NCBI GenBank assembly: GCA_038062115.1
Contig: JBBTXS010000009.1
Span: 27,681 to 91,680 of the forward strand
Direction of reading: 5' to 3'
Length of the DNA stretch: 64,000 bases
From: Patescibacteria group bacterium
GTDB taxonomy: Bacteria; Patescibacteriota; Microgenomatia; Levybacterales; UBA12049
Numbering within the stretch: the first letter of the stretch is position 1; every line of letters begins with the position of its first letter. Under the pieces are notes generated by a model. That model did not search any database and was not told the origin of the DNA. It saw only the letters and a list, made by a program, of their open reading frames with translations. The translations under genes and the position numbers were made by a program. Positions 17,057-26,277 of the stretch are shown here, piece by piece.

Positions 17057-17914
17057 ATGGATAGTCTTACGCTACAAAAAATAAAAGACCTCTTAGACAA
17101 AAACAATAAAATTGGAATTGCAGTTAGAAAAAACCCAGGAATCGATGAGATGGGAGCAGCGCTTGCGCTTTACTTAAGCTTGCTTAAGCTGGAAAGGTCA
17201 GTTTATATTTCTTGCCCAACAGCACCAATAGTTGAGGTATCTTCTTTAGTTGGCATTGATAAAGTAAAAACTAGTTTTGATTCTGGGAATTCAGGAGACC
17301 TTACTGTTTCGTTTCCTTATAAAGATGGGGAAATAGAAAAAATTTCTTATACTTTAGAGGATGGATTTTTAAATATTCTAGTAAAAGCAGGAAAGGCCGG
17401 ACTGTCTTTTAATGAAAAAGGGATAAGATATAAAAGAGGAGGGGTAGTAGCAGGAGTGGTTTTTACAATCGGAACCCCAAGACTTTCTGATTTCGGACAA
17501 TTATCTGACGTACAAGCATTAAAAGATACAAAGATTATTAATATAGATAATAATGCCGAAAATCAAGGATACGGTGATATTGTTCTGGCTTCGGCCAACC
17601 TCTCATCCGTCTCTGAACAAGTGGCATCTCTCATATTTTCGTTAGACCTTAAAATGGATGTTGATATAGCACAAAATCTTTTATCGGGGCTAGGAAGTGC
17701 TACAGATAACTTTCAAAATCCAAATACAACTCCATTGGCATTTGAAATGGCAGCAAGCCTTATGAAAAAAGGAGCTGTTAGGATAAGAAGTAGACCTAAT
17801 TCCTTCTTCTCGCCCCTAACACAAAAACAACCTACGGAAAACAAAGAAGATGAGGGTAACCCTCCATCTGATTGGCTCGCACCAAAAATCTATAAAGGTT
17901 CGACCACTTTATAA
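17057..17914 (+). CDS. DHH-family (NrnA-like) protein with degenerate catalytic motifs
   Basis: Position and layout match NrnA, but motif I reads NPGIDEMGAA and the DHH motif reads IDNN. Confidence 0.45.
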   Translation: MDSLTLQKIKDLLDKNNKIGIAVRKNPGIDEMGAALALYLSLLKLERSVYISCPTAPIVEVSSLVGIDKVKTSFDSGNSGDLTVSFPYKDGEIEKISYTLEDGFLNILVKAGKAGLSFNEKGIRYKRGGVVAGVVFTIGTPRLSDFGQLSDVQALKDTKIINIDNNAENQGYGDIVLASANLSSVSEQVASLIFSLDLKMDVDIAQNLLSGLGSATDNFQNPNTTPLAFEMAASLMKKGAVRIRSRPNSFFSPLTQKQPTENKEDEGNPPSDWLAPKIYKGSTTL

Positions 17915-17933
17915 ATTGTGTTATAATACAAAC

Positions 17934-18206
17934 ATGCCACTTACTCCAAAACAAAAACAAAATGTAATAAAACAATTCCAAACTTCAAAAGGTGATACTG
18001 GAAGTCCAGAGGTTCAGGTTGCACTTCTTACAACAAGAGTTAACCGACTTACAGAACATCTAAATCAGCATGACCATGATATACATAGCAGACGCGGACT
18101 TTTGTCTATGATTGCAAAAAGAAGAAGGATTATCAATTTACTTTCAAAAATAGATAAAAAACGCTCCGTATCAATTGAAAAAAAGATAGGACTTAAAGCT
18201 GCATGA
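17934..18206 (+). CDS. rpsO: 30S ribosomal protein S15
   Basis: MPLTPKQKQNVIKQFQTSKGDTGSPEVQVALLT..LTEHL..H.HD.HSRRGLL. Start set at ATG 17934. Confidence 0.9.
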   Translation: MPLTPKQKQNVIKQFQTSKGDTGSPEVQVALLTTRVNRLTEHLNQHDHDIHSRRGLLSMIAKRRRIINLLSKIDKKRSVSIEKKIGLKAA

Positions 18207-18210
18207 ATTT

Positions 18211-20463
18211 ATGACAGAAAAGACCTCGGCTATTCTAGATTTAGATGGAAGAAAGTTAACCATCGAAATAGGACGACTTGCGCAACAATCAACTTCTTCG
18301 ATTCTTGCTCGAATGGGCGATACTATGGTTTTGGTAACAGTTGTTGAGGGAGATATACGAACAGATGTTGATTATTTTCCTTTAACTGTTGAGTATATAG
18401 AAAGACTTTATGCAGGAGGACGAATAAAGGGCAGTCGCTGGGTTAAAAGAGAGGGTCGACCAAGCGATGACGCAATACTTAGTGCTCGTCTAATAGATAG
18501 ATCAATTAGACCACTTTTCCCAAAAGAATACAAAAATGAAGTACAAATAATAGTAACAGTGTTATCTGTGGATGGAGAAAATGCTCCTGATGTGCTCTCT
18601 ATTATTGCAGCTTCCACTGCCCTTGCTATATCTAAAATTCCCTGGCTTGGCCCAATTGCAGGAGTTAGAATAGGATATATAAAAGAAAAAGTCCCAACGA
18701 CCGTCTCAGGGTTAGAATTTTTAATAAACCCAGGAATGACTGAACTTGCGCTTTCGGAATTAGATTTAGTTGTCTCTGGGCTAAAAGACAAGACCATAAT
18801 GATAGAAGCAGGAACAATGCAGGTGCCAGATGAGATAGTTTTAGAAGCCATAAGAAGAGCACAGATAGAAAACTCAAAGATTATTAATTTTATAGAAGAT
18901 TTTGTTAAAAAAGTTGGGCAAAAAAAAGAAGCAATTACCAAAGACACCACTCTTGCAGAACTTATGCAAAAAATTGAAAAATCATATAAGGATGAAGTTA
19001 TGAAATTGGTGAGCGAGCGCGTAAATAAAGAATCGTCTGGGGGCGCAGAAGATCTTATCGATGCAATTTATGATAATGAGCAAATTTCTAATCAAGAAAA
19101 AGCTTTAGATAAAAAACTTATTGCAAAAGCAATTGAACTTGTTTTATATAAGATCATAAGAGAAAATATTTTAAATAAAGGCATTAGGCCAGATGGGAGA
19201 CAGACTGATGAAATAAGAACAATTTCTGCCCAAGTTTCTGTTTTGCCAAGAACTCATGGTTCGGCTATTTTTCAAAGAGGAGACACCCAGGCTTTAACTG
19301 TTGTTACTCTTGGTTCACCAAGGCTAGAACAACGAATAGAATCCCCTGAAGGGGAAGAATCAAAAAGATATATCCATCATTACTCAATGCCTCCATACTC
19401 TCTTGGGGAAACTGGAAGAATAGGTGTTCCATCACGACGTGAAATAGGCCATGGAGCGTTGGCAGAAAAAGCAATAGAAGCAGTTATACCTAAACAAGAG
19501 CATTTTCCTTATACTATTAGAGTTGTTTCTGAGATCTTATCTTCCAATGGTTCAACCTCAATGGCTTCTGTTTGCGGATCAACCCTTGCCTTAATGGATG
19601 CTGGAGTCCCAATAGAAAAAATGGTTGCTGGAATTGCTATGGGAATGGTAACAAGTCGGGAAAAGTATGTGCTTCTGACAGACATAGTAGGTCTTGAAGA
19701 TTTTTCTGGAGACATGGATTTTAAAGTGGCTGGAACAGATGTTGGCATTACGGCAATTCAGCTTGATGTAAAAATTTTGGGCTTAACAATAAACCAGATT
19801 AAAGATGTTTTGGAAAAAGCTAAAAAAGCAAGATTATTTATTTTGGAAAAAATGCAAAGTGTTATATCTTTTCCTCGTAAAGGGGTATCTGGATATGCGC
19901 CAAAGATTGAGCAGATCAATATAACGGTCGAAAAAATTGGGGATTTGATAGGTCCTGGAGGGCGGGTAATTAAAAATATTATTGCTCAAACTGGAGCAAC
20001 AGTTGATGTTGAGGATGATGGTTTGGTAACAGTTTCTGGAACATCAAAGGAAGCAGTAGACGCAGCCATGGACTGGGTTAAAGGAATAACACGCGAGATT
20101 AAAGTTGGCGAAATTTTTACAGGGGAGATAAAAAGGATCCTTCCCTTTGGTGCCTTTATAGAAATATTGCCCGGAAAAGAGGGCATGGTACATGTTTCTC
20201 AGATGGCAACAAAATTTGTTAGAAATCCAAGCGAAGTAGTTTCCATTGGCCAAAAAGTTAAGACTCGCGTTATTGAAATAGATGATCAAGGAAGAATAAA
20301 TCTTTCAATGTTATTAGAAACAGATGCTAGTATTCAAGAGCGACACCATGACTTTGAGAAAAGAATGGAAACCACAAAACCAAACGAACACCCGCTGTCT
20401 AGACAATTTAGAAGAGAACGCACACGAAGACAATCTCCCCGCTTTCGCAAAACCCATTATTGA
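18211..20463 (+). CDS. pnp: Polyribonucleotide nucleotidyltransferase (PNPase)
   Basis: Two RNase PH domains (FSGDMDFKVAGT), KH and S1 domains, 750 aa, follows rpsO as usual. Confidence 0.95.
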   Translation: MTEKTSAILDLDGRKLTIEIGRLAQQSTSSILARMGDTMVLVTVVEGDIRTDVDYFPLTVEYIERLYAGGRIKGSRWVKREGRPSDDAILSARLIDRSIRPLFPKEYKNEVQIIVTVLSVDGENAPDVLSIIAASTALAISKIPWLGPIAGVRIGYIKEKVPTTVSGLEFLINPGMTELALSELDLVVSGLKDKTIMIEAGTMQVPDEIVLEAIRRAQIENSKIINFIEDFVKKVGQKKEAITKDTTLAELMQKIEKSYKDEVMKLVSERVNKESSGGAEDLIDAIYDNEQISNQEKALDKKLIAKAIELVLYKIIRENILNKGIRPDGRQTDEIRTISAQVSVLPRTHGSAIFQRGDTQALTVVTLGSPRLEQRIESPEGEESKRYIHHYSMPPYSLGETGRIGVPSRREIGHGALAEKAIEAVIPKQEHFPYTIRVVSEILSSNGSTSMASVCGSTLALMDAGVPIEKMVAGIAMGMVTSREKYVLLTDIVGLEDFSGDMDFKVAGTDVGITAIQLDVKILGLTINQIKDVLEKAKKARLFILEKMQSVISFPRKGVSGYAPKIEQINITVEKIGDLIGPGGRVIKNIIAQTGATVDVEDDGLVTVSGTSKEAVDAAMDWVKGITREIKVGEIFTGEIKRILPFGAFIEILPGKEGMVHVSQMATKFVRNPSEVVSIGQKVKTRVIEIDDQGRINLSMLLETDASIQERHHDFEKRMETTKPNEHPLSRQFRRERTRRQSPRFRKTHY

Positions 20464-20477
20464 GAACCTCTATCCCT

Positions 20478-23168
20478 TCAATTCTGATAGTGGCACTTTT
20501 TGTACTTCTTTCCTGAACCGCACCAACATTTATCATTTCTTCCCAGCTTCTTTTTTCCTGATCTCTGATTGATAGTTGAACTAACCCCTCTTGCTTCAAG
20601 AGATGGAAAAATTGATGTTGCACCAGCAGCTTGAGTAACCATATGCTGATGTTGAGACATTGGAGTTGGCTGTACCTGAATTCTATAAATTCTATGCACT
20701 ATTTCATCATCAATCCCATTAATTAATTGCTCAAACATTTTGAATGCTTCATTTTTATATTCAACCAACGGTTCTCTTTGTCCATAACCTCTAAGCCCAA
20801 TACCTTGACGAAGATTTTCTACAGCATCTAAATGATCAATCCACAGATTATCTATCGTTGATAACATCACAAGTCTTTCAACTTGACGCATAACATCCTT
20901 GTCCATTTCTTTTTCTCGTTTTTCGTAAATGTCTTTCGACACTTTAGACAAAAAATCTATCTTCTTCTCACCCAAAACAAAACTTCTAAGTTGCTGAGTA
21001 AGTTGTTTTTTGGATTCTTCGTCAAAAGGTATGATTGTTGTAAAATTATCAATTATTTTTTCATCAACCGATTTTCCATCCTCAAATGCTTGTCCAATTT
21101 GCATTTGTACTAAAGTTGCAATAGCAGCATTAATCTTATTTATTATGTCTTTCTTAAGTATTGCTGTATCTTTGTCTTCCAAAATCTTTCTTCGTCTTGT
21201 ATAAATTATTTCCCGCTGTTTATTTAATACATCATCGTATTCAACTAAGTGTTTTCGTATGTCAAAATTAAATCCTTCCACTTTACCCTGAGCTTGTTCA
21301 ATTGCTCTTGAAACAATTCCATGTTGAAGTGGAATATCTTCGGGCATGCTAAGTCTTGTCATAAGATTCGCAATTGTTCCGCCTCCAAAAATGCGCATTA
21401 TTTCATCATCAAGGCCTATAAAAAATCTGGATGCCCCTGGATCTCCCTGCCTGCCGCTTCTTCCCCTTAACTGATTATCTATTCTTCGCGATTCATGTCG
21501 TTCGGTTCCTATTACATAAAGTCCGCCAAAAGAAACTACCTCTTTATGTTTTTTCTCCCATTCTTTCCACTCACTGGTACCTATTTTATCTTTACCATCG
21601 CTGTGTTTTGGCGTATCGCCTCCCAAAAGAATATCTACTCCCCGACCTGCCATATTTGTGGCAACAGTTACTGCATACTTTTCTCCAGCTTTGGCAATTA
21701 TTCTTGCTTCTTGCTCATGATTTTTAGCATTTAATATCTCGTGCTTTATTCCTCGTCTCCTTAAAAGTTGCGAAATTAACTCGTTTTTTTCTATAGAGGT
21801 TGTTCCAACCAAAATTGGCTGTCCTTCTTTATGGGCTTTTTCAATCTCGTTGGCAATTGCCGATAGCTTTGCGCGACCAGTTTTATAAACAGCATCTTGG
21901 TGATCTATTCGAATCATTGATCTATTGGTTGGAATTACTACAACATCAAGCTTGTAGATTTTATGGAATTCTTCTGCCTCCGTTACCGCTGTCCCAGTCA
22001 TTCCCGAAAGCTTTTCGTACATTCTAAAGTAATTTTGCAAGGAAACAGTTGCTAATGTTTTTGACTCTCTTTGGATTACAACGCCTTCTTTTGCCTCTAT
22101 AGCCTGATGCAAACCCTCAGATAATCTTCTGCCAAGCATTAACCTTCCAGTAAATTCGTCAACCAAAATAACTTGACCTTCTTTAACAATATAATCTTTT
22201 TCTTTTTTAAATAATGTACGGGCTTTTAAGGCCGCCTCTAAATGGTAAACTGTGTCAAAGTCTTTTTCGTAGATATTATTTATTCCATAGAGCTTTTCGA
22301 TCTTTGCAATTCCATGATCGGTTAAGTGAGCAGTTCGAAGCTTCTCGTCTATTTTATAGTCTATTTCTGAATTTAATTTTCCAACAAGCTTTGCGTATTC
22401 ATAATATTTTTGAGTTGGCGCCTCGTCTGGAGCCGAAATTATATGAGGGGTTCTTGCCTCATCAATAAGAACCGAATCTACCTCGTCAACTACGGCAAAA
22501 TAATAACCTCGTTGCACTGTTTCCTCTATGTTTTGTGCCATGTTATCCCGAAGATAATCAAAACCAAATTCAGAGTTTATTCCATAAACAATATCAGCTT
22601 TATAGGCTTCTTTTCTATTTATTGGCTTTAAATGAGATAATCTAAAATCCGAATGGTTTTTATCCAAATACTCTAAATCGAATAAAAATGATTGTTCGTT
22701 AATAATTGAGGAAACTTTTAATCCCAAAAGATTAAGCGCTGGCCCCATCCAACCAGCATCGCGGCGAGCCAAATAATCATTTACTGTTACTAAGTGAACA
22801 CTTTTACCAGTTAAGCTATGCAGGTATAATGCCGGAATTGCAGAAAGAGTTTTACCTTCTCCAGTTTTTTGCTCTGCAATTTTTCCTTGCCCTAAAATTA
22901 TTCCTGCCATAAGCTGTACATCGTAATGTCTTTGATTTATGGTTCTTCGTGCAGCCTCCCTTGCCAATGCAAAAACTTCTGGCAATATAATATCTAAAGA
23001 CTCGCCAGATTCTATTCTTCCTCTAAATTCTTGTGTTTTTTTGGGAAAGTCTTTATCTTTTAATTTTTTTACAGTTTCCTCAAGAGCGTTTATCGCAAAA
23101 ACAATGGGGGTAAGTTTTTTAATTTCTTTTTCGTTGGAATCAAAAAATTTATTTAAAAACGAGAACAT
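20478..23168 (-). CDS. secA: Preprotein translocase ATPase SecA
   Basis: MFSFLNKFF... start, DEAD-like motor motifs, C-terminal zinc finger CWCGSGKKYKKCH. Start set at ATG 23168. Confidence 0.95.
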   Translation of the reverse strand: MFSFLNKFFDSNEKEIKKLTPIVFAINALEETVKKLKDKDFPKKTQEFRGRIESGESLDIILPEVFALAREAARRTINQRHYDVQLMAGIILGQGKIAEQKTGEGKTLSAIPALYLHSLTGKSVHLVTVNDYLARRDAGWMGPALNLLGLKVSSIINEQSFLFDLEYLDKNHSDFRLSHLKPINRKEAYKADIVYGINSEFGFDYLRDNMAQNIEETVQRGYYFAVVDEVDSVLIDEARTPHIISAPDEAPTQKYYEYAKLVGKLNSEIDYKIDEKLRTAHLTDHGIAKIEKLYGINNIYEKDFDTVYHLEAALKARTLFKKEKDYIVKEGQVILVDEFTGRLMLGRRLSEGLHQAIEAKEGVVIQRESKTLATVSLQNYFRMYEKLSGMTGTAVTEAEEFHKIYKLDVVVIPTNRSMIRIDHQDAVYKTGRAKLSAIANEIEKAHKEGQPILVGTTSIEKNELISQLLRRRGIKHEILNAKNHEQEARIIAKAGEKYAVTVATNMAGRGVDILLGGDTPKHSDGKDKIGTSEWKEWEKKHKEVVSFGGLYVIGTERHESRRIDNQLRGRSGRQGDPGASRFFIGLDDEIMRIFGGGTIANLMTRLSMPEDIPLQHGIVSRAIEQAQGKVEGFNFDIRKHLVEYDDVLNKQREIIYTRRRKILEDKDTAILKKDIINKINAAIATLVQMQIGQAFEDGKSVDEKIIDNFTTIIPFDEESKKQLTQQLRSFVLGEKKIDFLSKVSKDIYEKREKEMDKDVMRQVERLVMLSTIDNLWIDHLDAVENLRQGIGLRGYGQREPLVEYKNEAFKMFEQLINGIDDEIVHRIYRIQVQPTPMSQHQHMVTQAAGATSIFPSLEARGVSSTINQRSGKKKLGRNDKCWCGSGKKYKKCHYQN

Positions 23169-23199
23169 AGTCAATTTAATTTTAACACAATCTGGGTTC

Positions 23200-23228
23200 A
23201 AAAAAAACCCCCCACCATACGGTGGGGG
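23200..23228 (-). terminator. Rho-independent terminator (CCCCCACC-GTAT-GGTGGGGG + U8)
   Basis: GC-rich 8-9 bp stem followed by an A8 run on the plus strand (U8 on the minus strand), about 30 nt upstream of the secA ATG. Confidence 0.75.
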
Positions 23229-23272
23229 ATTACCAACTGATCAATTGGTAATGCTCCAAATAGCTTACCAAT

Positions 23273-23302
23273 TTATCTCTTCTTCTTTCTTTTCTTTGCC
23301 AT
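23273..23302 (-). CDS. 9-codon polybasic mini-ORF MAKKRKKKR with strong SD
   Basis: GGGAGGTGA (23310-23318) lies 7 nt before the ATG. The ORF is followed by alternative 8-bp helices and the terminator. Coding status uncertain. Confidence 0.35.
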   Translation of the reverse strand: MAKKRKKKR

Positions 23303-23433
23303 TTAAATATCACCTCCCTTTTTTAAGAAGATAATAATATCGTGAATAATTTTTTAGAGTTTGTCAAGTAAAATACCTTGCTTCAAAAATGGGGATTTAG
23401 GCTGCAAAATAAGCAAAAATAATGAAGCGTACA

Positions 23434-24759
23434 TTAGTGTTTTTTTGGCGTTATTTTTTCTAAATTATGCATATATTTTTGTAAAATTTTTGGAATTATA
23501 ACGCAACCATCTTCTTGCTGGTAATTTTCTAAAATTGCAACAATAGTTCTACCAATTGCAAAAGCAGTACCATTTAGAATATGAGCATATTTTTTCTCAT
23601 TTCCATCTTGATATTTAATATTTAATCTCCGGGCTTGAAAATCTGTGGTAGTAGAAATAGAATGAGTTTCTCTATATTTATTCTGAGAAGGCATCCATGT
23701 TTCGACATCAATTGTTTCTGCCGATGGAAACGCTAAATCTTCACTTGCTAATTGCACTAATTGGTAAGGCAGATCTAGATCTTGCATTAAACCTTCTGCC
23801 AAAGACAACATTTTTCGTCTTTCTTTTTCATCCTCATCAGACCTTACGAATTCAACCATTTCCAATTTATCAAACTGGTGAACTCGCAATATTCCTCTCG
23901 TGTCTTTTCCATAAGTTCCTGCTTCCCTTCTAAATGCTGATGAAAATCCAATGTACTTTTTGGGAAGATCATTTGCGTTAAAAACTTCGTCCTTGTGCAT
24001 TGGAACTATTGAATGCTCAGCGGTTCCAATTAAATAAAGAGGGTTTTCTTTTTCTTTCCCCTCATCAACTTCTTCATAATCTGTTACGAGATAATAATTG
24101 TTATGATTTCCTTTTGTCCAATACCCAAGTCCCTCAGTTATTTTATGCTTAATAAGCATTGGAGGAAGAATGGGGATAAAACCTTCTTTAAGAAGCTTCT
24201 CCATTACGAATTGTACTAAGGCAAATTCCAAAAGCGCTCCTTCGTTTTTTAGATAAGCAAAACGACTACCCGAAACCTTTACTGCTCTTTGAACATCAAT
24301 AATATCTAGCTTTTCACCGAGTTCTAGATGATCTTTTGGTGTAAAATCCCAGCCGGAGGCTGGTCGTCCTTTGGACGAAACTTTTTTTATTATTTCAAAT
24401 TTTGATTGGTCTCCAACAGGAACAGTGCTAAGCGGTAAATTTGGAATCTTAAGAAGTTCGTTGCGTAACTCTTCTTCAATTACCTTTAGTGCGTGTTCTT
24501 CTTTTTCTAACTTATCTTTTATTCTTTTTCCTTCTTCTATATTTTTTTTGTCAACCCTGTCTGACGTGGCTGCAGCCGCGTTTGACGCGGCGCGAGATAC
24601 TTTATTTTTCTCTTCTCTCAGTTTCTGAACCGATAATGAAAGCTCTCTATATTTTGAGTCAATTTTTAAAACATGGTTGATGTCAATATCAATACCTTTA
24701 TTTTTCGCAGCTTCTTGAACAACTTGCGGATTTTCTCTAATAAATTTTATATCCAACAT
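23434..24759 (-). CDS. serS: Seryl-tRNA synthetase
   Basis: N-terminal coiled-coil arm and class II motifs (FRREAG..GKDTRG, HILNGTAFAIGRT). Confidence 0.95.
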   Translation of the reverse strand: MLDIKFIRENPQVVQEAAKNKGIDIDINHVLKIDSKYRELSLSVQKLREEKNKVSRAASNAAAATSDRVDKKNIEEGKRIKDKLEKEEHALKVIEEELRNELLKIPNLPLSTVPVGDQSKFEIIKKVSSKGRPASGWDFTPKDHLELGEKLDIIDVQRAVKVSGSRFAYLKNEGALLEFALVQFVMEKLLKEGFIPILPPMLIKHKITEGLGYWTKGNHNNYYLVTDYEEVDEGKEKENPLYLIGTAEHSIVPMHKDEVFNANDLPKKYIGFSSAFRREAGTYGKDTRGILRVHQFDKLEMVEFVRSDEDEKERRKMLSLAEGLMQDLDLPYQLVQLASEDLAFPSAETIDVETWMPSQNKYRETHSISTTTDFQARRLNIKYQDGNEKKYAHILNGTAFAIGRTIVAILENYQQEDGCVIIPKILQKYMHNLEKITPKKH

Positions 24760-24793
24760 AAGCTCAAATTAAAGACTACCTTACCCCAAAGCC

Positions 24794-24869
24794 GTCATTC
24801 TGGCTTGTCCAGAATCTCTTTGAACCATGGAGATTTTGGATGCGCTCGTTCCTCGCTTACCAGAATGAC
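24794..24869. repeat. GTCATTCTGG...CCAGAATGAC element (subtype II)
   Basis: 10-bp outer stem and inner CCAGAATCTC/GGAGATTTTGG pairing. Intergenic between rdgB and serS. Confidence 0.8.
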
Positions 24870-24936
24870 AATTTCGTAACATCAATTAAAAATCCAAAAA
24901 ACCTTTTTATCATTTTAACTTTGTCGTTTTTCATTT

Positions 24937-25560
24937 TTATATTTTATTTTTTAATTTTAACTCTCTTCTTATAATCGGCTTAAGTTTGTTAACGGCGATA
25001 TACCTATGATTATACTTCCTCATCTCACCTTTGGTCAACTCGCCTTCGTGATAGTATTTCTGAATTTCTGGTAAATAAAAAAACGACCGATATGGGTAAC
25101 CATGCAAAAGTTTCATATGTGGTTTTTTGGCTATAATCCCTTCCACTTTTCCCTTCTTACTCCAAACTTTTCCATTTGGAAGCGCCAAAGAAGCAACAAG
25201 TCTAAATGTTGCCTCTCTGTTATTATCTGGTAATTCTTTTGAAACTTTCATCATATGATTTATTAAATCCTCGTCTGTTGCTTCATATCCAAGCCATCTT
25301 CTACTTTTGATCCCAGGTTCATTGTCAATTGCTTTAATCTCGATTCCGCCATCATCTGATATTGCTGGCAACCCACTTTTTTTAGCATAAAACAAAGCCT
25401 TTATTCTTGAATTTTCCTCATACGTTTTTCCCGTTTCCTCAACGTCCTCAGTGATTCCAATATCATTTAGCGATAATAACTTAAATGGCAAATCAGTAAG
25501 AAATTCAGATATCTCTTTTAATTTTCCTTTGTTGGTAGTGGCGATCAAAAGTTTTTTCAT
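24937..25560 (-). CDS. rdgB: Non-canonical purine NTP pyrophosphatase (RdgB/HAM1 family)
   Basis: MKKLLIATTNKGKLKEI motif. Start set at ATG 25560. TTGACA-17-TAATAT promoter-like sequence upstream. Confidence 0.8.
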   Translation of the reverse strand: MKKLLIATTNKGKLKEISEFLTDLPFKLLSLNDIGITEDVEETGKTYEENSRIKALFYAKKSGLPAISDDGGIEIKAIDNEPGIKSRRWLGYEATDEDLINHMMKVSKELPDNNREATFRLVASLALPNGKVWSKKGKVEGIIAKKPHMKLLHGYPYRSFFYLPEIQKYYHEGELTKGEMRKYNHRYIAVNKLKPIIRRELKLKNKI

Positions 25561-25660
25561 TTTAACAATCGTACATTTACATAAAATATTATTACCACAA
25601 AAGTAAAGTGTCAATTATTTTTCTTTATATTGCGCTGTCCTACTATGATACGGCGCAGTA

Positions 25661-26128
25661 TTATAGTGATATATCTTTTTTAACGGAGCTTCTCTTTCTA
25701 TGAACTTTTATCCTTTTACCGATTGCATCGGTAATGATTTCGGGCAGGAAATAGCTTGGGTATCTCTTTTGAAGATCAGACGATATTTTCATTCTATCTT
25801 TTTCAATGTCCGATTCAATCTTCTCAAGATAGCTAATTGCAATTTTTAAACCTTCCCCTCTTGTCTCTAGTATATTGTTTATTCTAGCTATAGTTGAGTC
25901 AGTAACCTTTACATAGTTTCTTATAGCCTGATAATTATATCCCTCAATAAGCATCTTAGCAATTTGTATTCGCTTCGCCAACATCTTCATCTCGGTATGC
26001 GTCAAAAGATCCTTAAGAAAATCTTTTACTTGATCTTTATTCTCTAAAAGAGTAATAATATTCCAAAAATTGTTAAGAAAAAAACCAAGATGTTTTACAT
26101 CAATCTTTATTCTAGAAACTTTAGTCAT
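25661..26128 (-). CDS. TrpR-like (YerC/YecD family) DNA-binding protein
   Basis: LLTHTEMKMLAKRIQIAKMLIEGYNYQAIRNYVKVTDSTIARINNIL resembles the Trp-repressor-related HTH. Confidence 0.6.
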   Translation of the reverse strand: MTKVSRIKIDVKHLGFFLNNFWNIITLLENKDQVKDFLKDLLTHTEMKMLAKRIQIAKMLIEGYNYQAIRNYVKVTDSTIARINNILETRGEGLKIAISYLEKIESDIEKDRMKISSDLQKRYPSYFLPEIITDAIGKRIKVHRKRSSVKKDISL

Positions 26129-26277
26129 ATATTTACTCTAATACAGCGCAGTAATATAGTCAAATAACATTTCCAGTAAACTACTCTCTTTGACCAAGAT
26201 ATTAAACTATATCGCGACCTTCGTGGATCCTTACTCATAAAATTACAGTTCTGTATCAAAAAGAAGTTTGTAGCTAC

